A stretch of 64,000 bases of DNA, taken from Psammoneis japonica. Its lineage: Eukaryota. The stretch is taken from assembly GCA_008632985.1 (NCBI GenBank), contig QPGO01000204.1, positions 1-64,000 on the forward strand, in the 5' to 3' direction. The position numbers were made by a program, and so were the translations under genes. Below the pieces are notes generated by a model. The model was not told where the DNA came from, ran no database searches, and saw only the letters and a program-made list of their open reading frames with translations. This document shows, piece by piece, positions 13,892-26,400 of this stretch; within the stretch, counting starts at the first letter, position 1; every line of letters starts with the position of its first letter.

Positions 13892-15365
13892 GATATTACC
13901 GCCCTCGATGAAGTGCAGTAGCGGTCGTAGCGTTGCTTATATCAAGTTGGGTGTTTTCTACTAGTAGAGAGTCGTGCCGTGACCCGAGTTATGACTTTTG
14001 CCCATCGGCAATCGGCGCAGTTCAGCTCGATTACGATATCTCGAGTGTTCTTCGCGCTTCTCGCTTCCTCTTCTGCTTGTCGTCGTCTTCTTGTTGTTGC
14101 AGTTGTTCGGTTCTAGTTTGTTCTACCGTATGACAGCAGAGTGATGGCAGCTGCACATCAGATCATGGTGTGCTGTTGAGACGCGTCTTTCCAAACAGCA
14201 TTGAAACTAAATATACATGGATAAAAGACATGTTAATCAGCATATGAAAATTTTAATTAAATTGAGAATTAGTGTATATATATCTAATCATACTGTAATA
14301 TAAATATTACTTTATATAGTATTCATTGTATTTTTGCACTTACAGTGTTATTTTTTTTCGATTCCTTCACGTCATTCATTACAGCAGGTATGACAGAACT
14401 GCACTCATCACCCCCTTGCCTGTGGCACACTTTTCATCAGCCTTTCTAGCCAGCCACCTTGCTTGTTGCCAGCATTTAGAACAGAGAATTTCTAGAATGG
14501 GCATGATGTGTGGCTTCATGATGCCCTTGTCAACATCGCTGGTGTGAGAAAGAAGGTGGGCATGGCTCTGGCTCCCACCGTTTTCTCCCCAAACGTCCGC
14601 AACAGCACCGCCATTTTATTTTTGCTGGCTGATGGCAACCCCAATGTTGCATGTGTCTGGACATTGACACATGTTGCATTTGGCAATCTGTGCCAATGCA
14701 TTGTTCATTCATTGTGAATGACAGAGCAGCACATCGAGCGCGCCATCCAATGTGAAGAACCTGCACTCCTGGCCTGTTCCAGCTTCAGGTGCTCTGTGCG
14801 GGTTCGATTCCCATCATTTGGAAATTTGTGCATTTGACGCAATTAACTTTTTCCAAATCCGTTTTTTGCCAAATCGAAGGGCAAGTGTGCACTTCACATG
14901 CATTTTCGGGTGCACACTCACCTTTCGATTTTCGAAACGATCAAAATTGAAGGAGTCAATTGCGCCAAACTGCACAGAAAATCTGCCTCTCGCATGATGA
15001 AAAGCAGATCACCTGGAGCTGGAACAGGCCTCCTGCTGAATCATGAGACACACACTTTCCTGCCAGCAGATGTGTTTGACATTTCAAAGATTTCCATGAC
15101 TTGTCACACAAGGACAGTGGCAGCCACAAGCACAATGTGCTCGGCCAACAATCACAAATTTGACGTGGCGCTGCTAACACGACACCACATCCACAGCTCA
15201 CAATTAACTTCACATGTGTGTGCCTTGCTGTGCTTTGAAATTTTGAAAGTGGTGATTGATTGCAGCAAGAACAGCTGAAATGTTCAATTTTTTGCCTGTG
15301 GCTTTTTAAGCGCATGTGGTGAGTTGACAATGGGCACATTGCACTTGTTTCTCGCACATCAATTG

Positions 15366-15641
15366 TGACAGAAATTGAAGGCAAATGGCAAGAATTCAAA
15401 CAATGACTCCTTGCTGCTGTCTAAATGGCAGATGAGTCTCCGCTCAGAGACCATTGCAGGAGCCGAAAGACGTGTGAGTCGGTGTAATCGGGCTGCTGTT
15501 GTTGTCCTTGTGAGCCTTGTGGCTCGAAAGCAAACTACATCGCGCGTGAACGCGTGGAACTAAAGCACACAAAACTGTGCGCGGTAAACTAAACAGCGCG
15601 CGACACTTCGCGCGCACCCAAATCCTGTTCAAATCCTGTCA
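15366..15641 (-). repeat. 3' LTR (276 bp)
   Basis: Direct repeat of 22198-22473 with TG...CA termini and a 6-bp terminal inverted repeat. Confidence 0.95.
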
Positions 15642-15647
15642 CTCCCC
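15642..15647 (-). other. Polypurine tract (GGGGAG on the minus strand)
   Basis: ctcccc directly abuts the 3' LTR, which is the canonical PPT position. Confidence 0.75.
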
Positions 15648-18577
15648 AGTTTGCTTGAGGAGTCACAGAAACAGATTCGACTTCGGATGGAATGAAGTTC
15701 CAGAACATGAGGGGGCGGAGAAGGTCCCAGATTTGGGAGTGACCCCAATGCTTGCTGAGAATGTCAGCAGGGTTGCGGGAGCCTTCGATGAAGTGGAACT
15801 CAAGGCAACCAGAGGCAATTGCCTCACGCACACGGTGGAACGATGGTGCGGTGTGTCGCTTGTGTAACTTGGAGTGCGGGATGGTGGCACTGTCTACAAC
15901 CGACTTGTTGTCACCGAACATGCAACTGACATTACGGATCGGGACGCCAAGGCAGCGCAGGGTGATGCGCAGGTCGATAATCTGCTCAACACAAGTCCTT
16001 GCGGCAACAAATTCAGACCCGCAGGTTGCAGTCTCCATGGTGGCTTGCTTCTTAGAGAACCAATCAGCCGGGAATTTGTTGAGGAAGTGGAGCATTCCCA
16101 TGACAGAGCGTCCGGTGAGCATGCAATGGCACAAGTTTGCATCGACGTAGTGGGTGGCAGTGATGAACTTGCCAAGGGGCGGTGGAGCATCCTTTGGGAT
16201 CATCTCTTCTGCTTCGCCACACACGGAATGCATCCATTCACAGGCCGGAGCAGGGAGATCCGAACAGTCGGGCTCTTCCGTGCGAACGCGGAGAGCACCG
16301 TGTCGCATCTTGGAGAGGCACCCACAGATGCGTTTGGCACGATCCAAGTGGCCTTGACGGGGCGCAGCTCGGAAGCTGGAGAGTGACATGACGGCCGTGG
16401 CAATGTCAATTCGACCAAGGGACACTGCCCATTGGAGTGAACCAACAAGAGACTGGAACTTGTGAATGCCATCGGGTCCCAGCAGTTCAGAAGTGTCCAG
16501 TTCGGGGTGGTCACCCTTCTCCAGAGGTGACAGGGCATTGGTGGCAGGTTTCTCCCCAAACAGTCGGGCGCAGCTGTCGACCATGCGCTCGATGCACTTG
16601 CGCGGAGACAGGCACAAGGTTCCGTCGGGATCCCGGGAAAAGTCGCAACCCAGATGGAACTCAATGGGTCCCGCACCCTTGAGCTTGAACTTGTGCTTTT
16701 CCGTGAGAGTGTCGACGAAAGATTGAGGGTCCTTCATGGCAATGGCGAGGTCATCCACATAAACGGCAATGCATTCACAGTGGTCGCCGTTCCTGCGCAT
16801 CCAAATGTCGGGTTCGGCGTGGCAGGGGAAGAAGCCTTCAGCTCGCAGGCAGTCGGCGAAGCGCTCGTGCCAGCGGAGACCGGAGCTGCGCAGTCCATGC
16901 AGTGCCTTGTGGATGACAAGGATGTGTCCTTCGAGTTTGCCAAATTCGGGTCCGGCTGCAATGTAAAGCTTCTCCTTGGTGGTGGCTTCAAGGCAGGCAT
17001 TGCCAATGTCAGTGGCCCATGTCTCCAACTCGTTGAGTTCGGCCAGGAAAATCATCAGCCGAAGGCCATGGAGGGAGACTACTCCGGAGCAGACACTGTC
17101 GACAGGTACGTCCGTGAGGTGCCCGTCGGCTACGAGTCGTGCCTTGTGGCGACCGTCGTGTTTCACGTCGTGCACTGGGTGCACTCGGATCTTCTTGTGT
17201 CCCGCAGGAGGAGTGGAAGACTTGAAGGGCCCGCAGTCATGGAAGACTTCGCATTCGTCGAGTTGGTCCATCTCGAGATTAGTTGCGTCTCCCCACTTGC
17301 GGTTGCCGTTGCGTTCGTCCAGTGACATGGCGTGTTTGCAGTTCCGGGGAACTTTGCATCCGCACTTGTAGCGAGGTGCAGTGCGGAAGGAGCGAAGCTT
17401 GGCTTGGTTGGCCATGCGAAATGGCTTCTTTTGGCGCCTCGCGATGGTGCGGAACCGCTTCCAGCCATCCGTGTCGAGGAGTCCGTTCTCTCGTGCGTAG
17501 ATGGCACAGGTGACGGGGTCGTCCTTGGCAATGATGGCAAGAGGCTCGGATTGTGATCTCCCCACTTTCCCATTCAAGCATGATGTTGTAGCTTGAGCCT
17601 TTCCAGGTTGGGTCGTGAGGCTTCAGAGGTCCTTCGTGTGACACGATGCGTCGAAATTTCCAAACAGTGGTGTCTTCGTCTTCTTGCTCAATGTGATTCA
17701 TGATGTCATTGCAGGCAAGGACTTCCTCGCATTCGTCATTGTTGACAGAGCAGACGAACTTGGTGAGCTCGGGATTGCCGTTCACTTTCCATTCGTGGTC
17801 TTCGACGGCCTTGACGATGCGAGCTCTGTGGCGTTGTCCGTCCTCTTGTGGCTGCATGAGGAAGGTACGTCCAATGATGTCTTGTGGATCGAAAACTGGC
17901 ATCTTGGGTGTCCTGATCTCCCCATCAGGAGAATCGACGGGGTTGTCGTCATGGCGAGATTTGATGATGGTTCAGGTGGCTCCCCATCAGGAGGATCAAG
18001 ACGCAGGTTTCGAACGGCAGGATCGGTGGCAGCGGAGCGGACGTTGGACCGGCAGAGGATCTTCTGAGTCTCGTCAGATAGAATCTTGAAGGTCATCTGG
18101 TGGCCGACGTGCTCAGCAATGCCAACGAAGCGTCCACGCAACTCACGGGATTCGGACGGCCAATCGGAGTCATCGAGGTGGAAGCACACGGGTTCCCACC
18201 AGTGAAAGCGAAGCAATGGGCTGATGTCCGGGGTGGAGCCAGTGAGAGTCTCGAGGGGCGTGCGCCAGTGGAGACGTGGGGACGCTGTGTGGTTGAGTGT
18301 GAAGCACACGCACATGAGCGCCAGCAGCCATGTGTGGGCGGGCGAACCAAAACGATCCATGACGGTGTTCGCCATGCGCTTCACGGTCTGGTGTCGACGC
18401 TCGGCAAAGTTTTGGTGTTGCTGGTGAGGCTCACTTTGCCAGCTGGAGATGAAGAGGGCGCGTAGGATCCCGAGCACTTTGTTGCTGATCTCAACTTGAG
18501 CACGGTCGCCAATGAGTTTGGATGGGGCACCACGTTCACGGATCTGATCCTCGAGTGTGTTGACAAACTCTTTGTCC

Positions 18578-19009
18578 NNNNNNNNNNNNNNNNNNNNNNN
18601 NNNNNNNNNNNNNNNNNNNNNNNNNNNNNNNNNNNNNNNNNNNNNNNNNNNNNNNNNNNNNNNNNNNNNNNNNNNNNNNNNNNNNNNNNNNNNNNNNNNN
18701 NNNNNNNNNNNNNNNNNNNNNNNNNNNNNNNNNNNNNNNNNNNNNNNNNNNNNNNNNNNNNNNNNNNNNNNNNNNNNNNNNNNNNNNNNNNNNNNNNNNN
18801 NNNNNNNNNNNNNNNNNNNNNNNNNNNNNNNNNNNNNNNNNNNNNNNNNNNNNNNNNNNNNNNNNNNNNNNNNNNNNNNNNNNNNNNNNNNNNNNNNNNN
18901 NNNNNNNNNNNNNNNNNNNNNNNNNNNNNNNNNNNNNNNNNNNNNNNNNNNNNNNNNNNNNNNNNNNNNNNNNNNNNNNNNNNNNNNNNNNNNNNNNNNN
19001 NNNNNNNNN
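18578..19009. other. Assembly gap (N run) inside the integrase region
   Basis: 432 N characters. Confidence 1.
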
Positions 19010-22000
19010 GATGGTCTCGTTGACAACGACACGATGGCGGCAGTTGCCGCATTCGTCAAATGGGTTGGCAGTGGGATCGTCCTGAGGTCAGAGATCGCGT
19101 CGCACCACTGGTCGTCGTCAGTGACAGAGTGATCGAGGACGGAAGGGTCCCATGTGTCATCACCGGTGAGGATGACATGGGGCAGGGTGTCCCATTCGGC
19201 GTCAGTGTGAGGTCGCATGGCAACACAAGGCAGGCCGGCCTTGATGTCAATGGGGATGACACAGCCATCAGGAGTGGCAACACGTTGCAAGCCGTTGGGC
19301 ACCTTGACAGAGCGATCGTTGACATCCTGTTTGCACCATTCGAGCTGGCCGCAGGAATGGATGGTCTTGCCCTTGCCCGTGTGTGCGCACTGATGGAGGA
19401 TGGCGATGACGGGACCACGCTGGGTCTCAATGATGGCACCAGCGGTGACAACAGGGATGTCCACCAATTGATGATCGTCAATGCCCTGAACGTCGACTTG
19501 GCGAGAGGTGCGTGCAATGACGCAAACGTCGTCGCCAGCAATGCCGCCGTTGGCCCCACGATCGACTAGAGCGCCAGTGCGTGTGGAGCGATGAGCAGAG
19601 GCAGAGCAAATGACATTGTGGTTGTTGACGCGGCGGTGAGTGCGGCCGTTAAGTTCCATGTCATCTGCAGAAGCTGGCGGGGTAGAGGAAGCGGCGGATG
19701 GCCCCGGTCGACTGGCATTGGGGGCTTGGTTAGGAGACAACAGACGTTGCAGATCACCGGGTGGCAGTGGCTTGCGCTTGGTGAGGTGCGCCAGGATGGG
19801 ATTGTCCGAAGTGGCGTCCACATTTGGAGCGGAGTCACCAGAGTCAGCAGGAGTCGTGTTGGACAAGTTGACATCACCGTCACTCCCAAGGCGTTGGTCG
19901 TGAAGGTTGGCCGTAACAGACTCATGGCAGTTGCTGGCTCGCGGGTTGCGGGGAGGCGGACGAGAATGCTCAAGGATGATCGCCTTGGAGGAATCGGGCA
20001 ACGAATCCCAGATCCGTTGGTGGTCGGGAGGGAGACGTCTCCATTGGTCACCGGTGAGGCTGGGACCGCGGGTGCAGGCAGCATTGGCCTGAAGGACGTC
20101 AATGTCGCTGTCAATGTCGTAGAACACATCGTCGGACGGTTCCTCGGAGCAGACGTCGTGTGCGTGTGTGGCGCGTCGGGGAGCTCGAGGTGTCGTCTTG
20201 GGTTGAAACGCACTGTCGCACTGAGCTGCCGTGGAGAGGAGCAAGCCACAGTGTTGATCGCATGTGAGGCTCTTGCCACTCTGCGTGCGATGCTGATCAG
20301 CTTGGTTCTTGACAGCACGGAGTTCCTCGACAGGGTGCACGGCATTCTCGAGCATGACGCGCTTCTGTCCTTCAGAGAAGTGGTCACTGGCCGGGATGAG
20401 TGCCTCGCACTTGCGCAACTGATCTTGCCAATGAAGGATGAACCCGTGGGTCGGACCTTTCCAAGTGCCATCACCAAGACGTGCGGTGGTGAGGTACGTG
20501 AGCAGGGTGGAGGACTCGATGGATGCGCGGGTGGAGGCAAGCGCGCACTCAGACAAGGCGCGGCAGACGGTCTGTGCGTCAGAAGACCCCACATTTTCGC
20601 GAATGAGAGCCTTGCCCTTGTCGGTGAGAAGGATGCGTTCGAAGACGGCGAACATGCACTTTTGCTGTTCAGCAAAGAGCAGTTTGTCTTCGGGGCTGGT
20701 CGGTTTGTACGACGAGTCTAGAATGCACTCGACGTCTTGGGCACGGGCTTGTGCCACAAGTGAGGTGTGCCAAGTGTGCCACTGCTTGTCGGATTTGAGA
20801 GCCGTGAAAGCGGTGGGATCACGCTTGATGCCTCGCTTGAAGTCCCGCACCGGGTCGCGTGCCTTGGTCGGGTTGGTGACATGCGGAGGTGCAAGGGGTG
20901 AGCTGCCGATGGACACAGAAGACATGCAGTCGGGGCTGAGGCGGCAGGCAAGGAACTCGTCATGCGTGAACAAAGAGGAGTCATTGGCAACGTCAAGACC
21001 TTTGTGTGCTTTGACAATGTACAGACTGGCCAGTGCTGCTAACATGTTCTTATGACCACGGGGCAAAGGGATCACATTGGTGCCGTTGTCGCACTCAAGC
21101 GAGTCGATTTGGGACGGCATGAACGTGAACAGTTCCTGATGCGAGTCCGTGCCGTCTTGGGCCAAAGCCAAACGAAGAGGACTCCCAGCACCTTGGGCAA
21201 GCACGGTTCCAACAACGTGCTTGAAACCATCGGTTTGTTGCTGACGAGTGAGAACCATGGCAGACAAAAGTGGTGTCAGGACAATCAATTCTGGTTGGGA
21301 AGCGAAGGTAGACTCGAAACTTGGGTGAGAATGGACTTGACTTGAAATGGACTTGACTTGAAATCTTGAACTATCTTAAAATCAGAAGTCGCCGGGCTTT
21401 GCTGTCCCGTTCGTTGTCAAGTGCTAAACTTCCCATCCGGTCCGCAGAGTTGTGCCGGCACGTCCGAACCTGCAGCCAGCGGCACTTTGGGTTGCTCACG
21501 AGTGGAGCAGCAGGTTGCAAACCCCTGCAGGCAAGCTGACTGGAGGTGGACAAGACCCCCGAACCGTTCTCATTTTATGTCGGTTGGATTTCCCGATCAG
21601 GCTGGCCAGTTGACGCAGGCGTCAGGCGCTGTGGACGAACGAACAAACGCGGGAAAGCACCCTCGCCCCAACGCAGGCTGCAATCACGGCTGCTTGCTCT
21701 CACAGTCGTCCTCGTGGACCCAGTGGAACTGCAGAGCACCAGCAGTCCGGGGCAGATCAGGTGCAATGGACTCGGTGTGCTTGCAGAGTGGTGGCAAAAC
21801 CGCAGTCTGAAGAGTGGGTAAAGGTTCTTGGCCGTGAAGACATGTGTGTGCACATGTGTCTTCAGCGACTAAGGTCCTTGAACATGCAGGGTTCTTGACC
21901 GTTAACTGAGGAATGGGTGTGTCAAGGGATGTTGATCAAGGACAGACTTGGATGTGACCGTTGAATGCATGTCTTCAGCGATCAAAGGTGGTGTGATCAA

Positions 22001-22197
22001 TCCAGATGTCCAGCGGCAAGGAGACTTGACGGTGACGTTAACTTCCTGCCGATGCCCTGGTGTTGAATGCGCGTAGACTTGCCGATGCATGTAGGACACA
22101 CACGGAGGTCCACGCAGGATTGAAACAGCGTCGTTGGTAAATCAACGACGACGATGGCGGTTGCTCAATGGGTTGACAATGAGCAAGACTGTTAATC

Positions 22198-22473
22198 TGA
22201 CAGAAATTGAAGGCAAATGGCAAGAATTCAAACAACAACTCCTTGCTGCTGTCTAAATGGCAGATGAGTCTCCGCTCAGAGACCGCTGCAGGAGCCGAAA
22301 GACGTGCAAGTCGGTGTAATTGGGCTGCTGTCATCATCCTTGTGAGCCTTGTGGCTCGAAAGCAAACTACATCGCGCGTGAACGCGCGGAACCAAAGCAC
22401 ACAAAACTGTGCGCGGTAAACCAAACAGCGCGCGATGCTTCGCGCACACCCAAATCCTGTTCAAATCCTGTCA
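22198..22473 (-). repeat. 5' LTR (276 bp)
   Basis: Direct repeat of 15366-15641 with 17 mismatches by manual alignment, all transitions and no indels. Confidence 0.95.
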
Positions 22474-23428
22474 TTGCACCACACATGGGGGTTTGTGAGA
22501 TGTGATCTGCTGATTGACTGTTGCAGCTCTTGAGGGCAGCCAAAATGCCATTGCAAAAAGATGACCCCACAAAGTTGCTGTGGTGCTGAGGTGGTTTGTG
22601 CCGGTTTCCGGCTGCAGTGCACCACGCCAGCAAAAATTCATGCTGAAGAATCCAAGTCCCCATGCTTGTCAAGTGAGCATGGCTGCTGCTTTGTGCATCA
22701 TGTGCCCACCATTCTCAGTGACAGGGCTGGCAGCAAAAAAATGGTGTGATTTGGCAGAAAAAAAAACAGCCGCTGCTGAGTTCTCGCCTGTCACAGGCTG
22801 TGTGTTCTGCTCTGGTTGTGGAGAGCATTGGCATTGATGCCACAAGTTGTTGCAGTGCCAACTCTGGATGCTGGTGGAGAGGAATTTTCACTCTCTGAGA
22901 CCATGTCTGCTGCATTAATGCCTGGCAGCCTGGCAGTGTTGCATCCAACAGCAGAGGTGTCGGTAGAGCAGACAACCAAGCAACAAGGAAGCCTTCGGGA
23001 AGGCAGATAGAGCGATGAAGGAACCAGACAAGCGAACAGAACAAAGTATCTTTTGATGGCTCCGTTGAAGTTGCATTTCTTTATGTAATGATGACGTCAA
23101 TGCAATGGGGAGGGAAAGAACGCGAAAAAATCCAATGAGAACCCTGACACCTCCTCCATTCAAAAACGCGAAGTCCATCGCTACTTCAGCTTTCTCATCC
23201 CTCCGAACCAATCACAATTCTCAAAATAGCAAAACAAGAAACAAAGATTTTACCTGCCGATCGTTTTATTGGCTGTCACATCACATCACATCACATCACA
23301 AAAAGAGTATCGCGTTTACCGTGTTAGGCATTCTTTTCTTTAACAAGATCAACAGGTACAAGTACAGTAAAACAACCGATTGATTCGTGAACAAGAACAT
23401 CAGAACATTTTCCTCGACAGATCAAGAA

Positions 23429-26400
23429 ATGTCGTCGCTGGCGAAGGAACAAGACTACGGAACGGACGATCCGTTCTACATTGACGATGCATGGCTCCAA
23501 ACCGTTGTTGTCATTGGTTTGACCTGCTTCGTGCTGTGTCTCATGGGTCTCTCCAAGGTCCCAACAGCAAAGATGGGCATCCTCTACGGGTGTGCCGGTA
23601 TGACCGCACTGATTGTTGGTTTCTGGGCCGATGATACATACACGTATGATGACGGAAGGTGGCTCATTGCCGTGGCGATGGCGCCCGGTATCATCATTGG
23701 ATTATACAGTGCTTACTCTGTCCAGATCACTGGCTTGCCTCAGTTGGTGGGAGCTTACAACGGGTTTGGTGGACTCGCTGCAGCTCTGGAGGTAAGATTT
23801 GTAGAGTACGACTGACTCTACGCGAACTCATTACAGAAAGAATCCCTAACAATTTCTCTTTCTGGTTGCGTATCTTAGGGTATCGGCTTGTACCTAGACC
23901 CCAACGCAGACAAATTTGTCCGCGGCGGCGAAGTTCTGGGCGATCTCACAGACCCAATGCTTTGGGTGCAAGCTATTGCACTTTGGCTCAGTGTCGTTAT
24001 TGGATGCATGACCTTTACCGGATCCATCGTTGCTGTCCTCAAGCTCCAAGGAACAATTTCTAGCAAGCCTCGAGTCGTTCCTTTCCGTTGGGGAGTTTCG
24101 CTCCTCATGTTTGTGGCCATGATTGTTCTAGGCGCCCTGTGCTTTACAGGAGGGCAAACTTGGAACGACCGAGAACTGGGCATTGCCTTTCTCACCATTG
24201 TGGCCTTCTTATCGTGCATGTACGGCGTCATTGCCGTCATGGCTATTGGAGGCGGAGACATGCCTGTCTCGATTAGTTTCCTCAATTCCCTTAGTGGTTT
24301 CTCGACGAGTGCTGCTGGCTTTATGCTTAGCAACATTGCCCTCAATGTAGCGGGAGCCTTTGTCGGATGCAGCGGAATCATTTTGACCATGGTCATGTGT
24401 GTTGCCATGTAAGTGTTTTACGGTGCTTTTTCTCTTTAACGTTCCTTCCTCTCGCTTATTTTTTCTGGTCTTTGTTCTGTAAAGGAATCGGAGCATCGCC
24501 AATGTTCTCATTGGTGGTTTTGGAGACGGTGCCGGCGGAGAAAAGAAGGAAGCCAAAAAGGTTACCGGAACCGTCAAGGAAGTATCTGCCGAAGACGTCG
24601 TGGATATGCTTACAGAGTCGCGCAGTGTCATTATTGTTCCCGGTTATGGCATGGCCGTCGCATCGGCGCAGCATTCCATCGCCGAAATGACGAAGAAGCT
24701 ACGTGCTCGAGGAATCAACGTTCGTTTCGCCATCCATCCGGTCGCTGGACGCCTCCCAGGCCATATGAATGTCAGTTTCAAACCCGCGTCCTTGTTGTCG
24801 CATTTGCCGTATTGAATTTTCAGCTTAACCTTGTGCGTTAATGATTTACAGGTTCTACTCGCGGAAGCTCGCGTTCCTTACGACATCATTCTTAGTATGG
24901 ATGATATCAATCAAGACTTCCCCGAAACTGACACGGTTCTAGTCATTGGAGCCAACGACACCGTCAACCCTGGTGCACAGACAGATCCTGATAGTCCCAT
25001 TGCGGGTATGCCAGTGCTTGAGGTCTGGAAGGCCAAGCAAACTATTGTCATGAAGAGGAGTCTTCGTGTCGGGTACGCTGGCGTCGACAACCCTCTCTTC
25101 GTCGAAACAAACAACTCCATGTTCTTGGGGGACGCCAAAGCTAGCGTTGACAAGCTCATTGCTTTGCTCGGAACCGCCGATGCCCCGGGTGTTGAACGTG
25201 AGGGCGAGACAGATGTTGAGAATCCGGCAGAAAAGCAAGTCGCAAAAGTCGACGAATTCATTGGAAAGATTCCAGCTTTGCGCGATGCCGCCTTCCTGAA
25301 GGTCGGTGTTGTCAAGGAAGTCGAAGAAGGAGAGCGGCGTGTTGCTATTGTGCCCTCCACCGCCAAGAAGTTGTTACAGCACGGCATGCAGGTCGTCCTT
25401 GAATCGGGTGCCGGGGCTGGTGGTGGTTTCTCTAACACCCACTACGAAGACGCCGGTGCCACGGTTCTTCCTACTGCGCAAGACGTTTACAACAACGCGG
25501 ATATCATCTTCAAGATCAGGGAACCCATCGTCCACCCCGTCACCAACAAACACGAGATTGATATGGTCCCCAAGGGAAAGAGCCTCGTTTCCTTTGTCGG
25601 CCCTCGGACTGATACGGGCAAAGAGTTGATGGACAAGGCAAGCGCCGCCGGCATCTCTTTACTAGCTGTCGATGCCATTCCTCGTATCTCTCGTGCGCAG
25701 AGTCTCGACGTGCTCAGTTCCCAGGCGAAGATTGCAGGATATCGAGCTGTCGTCGAAGCCACCCAAGTCTATCAGAGATTCCTAAACGGCGAGACTACAG
25801 CCGCTGGAAACTTCCCTCCATCCAAGATCCTAGTCGTTGGAGCGGGCGTCGCAGGACTTTCGTCCATCGGTACAGCAGCAAACATGGGCGCTATTGTGAA
25901 GGCGTTTGATACTCGTCTTGAAACCAAGGAGCAAGTCGAATCGCTAGGAGGGGAGTTTTTGATCCTAAACTTTGCCGAAGATGGCGGTGATGCAAGTGGA
26001 TACGCCAAAGTCATGAGTGATGAGTTCTATCAGAAGGAGATGGCTATGTTCCGTGAGCAGGCCAAAGAGTGCCAGATCATTATCACCACTGCTGCAATTC
26101 CAGGACGTCCGGCTCCGAAGCTTATCATGAAAGAAGCCGTCGACGAGATGCAGGCGGGTAGCGTCATTGTGGATCTTGCTGGCGCTACAGGAGGAAACTG
26201 CGAGCTTACTCGCCCCGGCGAAGCGTACCTCTACGACAATCGCGTCACCATCATTGGAACCACTGACCTCATCAGTCGAATGTCGTGGCAGGCCTCTAGC
26301 ATGTACGCCAACAACATGGCAAATCTGCTTGAGCTTCTGTGCCCCAAGCCCGAGAAGGGAAGTGAAGAGGAGCGTAGACTCTTCATTAACATGGAGGACC

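Larger units (their letters stand above)
15589..21258 (-). pseudogene. gag-pol polyprotein of the copia element, frameshifted and Tyr-depleted
   Basis: ATG at 21258. Frame changes near ~19075, ~17960 and ~17550 link the 1168-, 207- and 662-aa ORFs. Many canonical Tyr are replaced by Cys or His. Confidence 0.9.
15366..22473 (-). mobile_element. Ty1/copia LTR retrotransposon (diatom CoDi type), hypermutated, contains an assembly gap
   Basis: Two 276-bp direct LTRs with TGACAG...CTGTCA ends. A PPT lies next to the 3' LTR. Domain order is gag-PR(LVDRGANGG)-IN(SEPHQQHQNFAER)-RT(KARLVA, VYVDD)-RNaseH(FGDNKSVV, NPADILSK). Confidence 0.95.
14400..22960. other. TpA-erased domain 2 (copia element plus older flanks)
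   Basis: TA becomes rare from ~14495 and reappears at ~22963. The flanks are poor in both TA and CG, while the element itself is TA-poor but CG-rich. Confidence 0.85.

Noticed and set aside
15589..21258. Alternative genetic code (TGY/CAY read as Tyr)
   Set aside because: Neighbouring conserved genes (SHMT, NNT, kinase) use TAY for conserved Tyr. Non-coding LTRs and codon-junction TA sites are changed too.
15366..22473. ADAR- or APOBEC-type editing of retrotransposon RNA/cDNA
   Set aside because: Changes occur on both strands, differ between the two LTRs, extend into the flanks, and affect intron-bearing host gene copies.
15361..22478. Target-site duplication of the copia element
   Set aside because: The flanking 5-mers (aattg and ttgca) do not match, so no TSD is claimed.
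23276..23300. (TCACA)n repeat upstream of NNT, plus short duplications at 21330-21364 and 39859-39927
   Set aside because: Ordinary short tandem repeats with no evidence of function.
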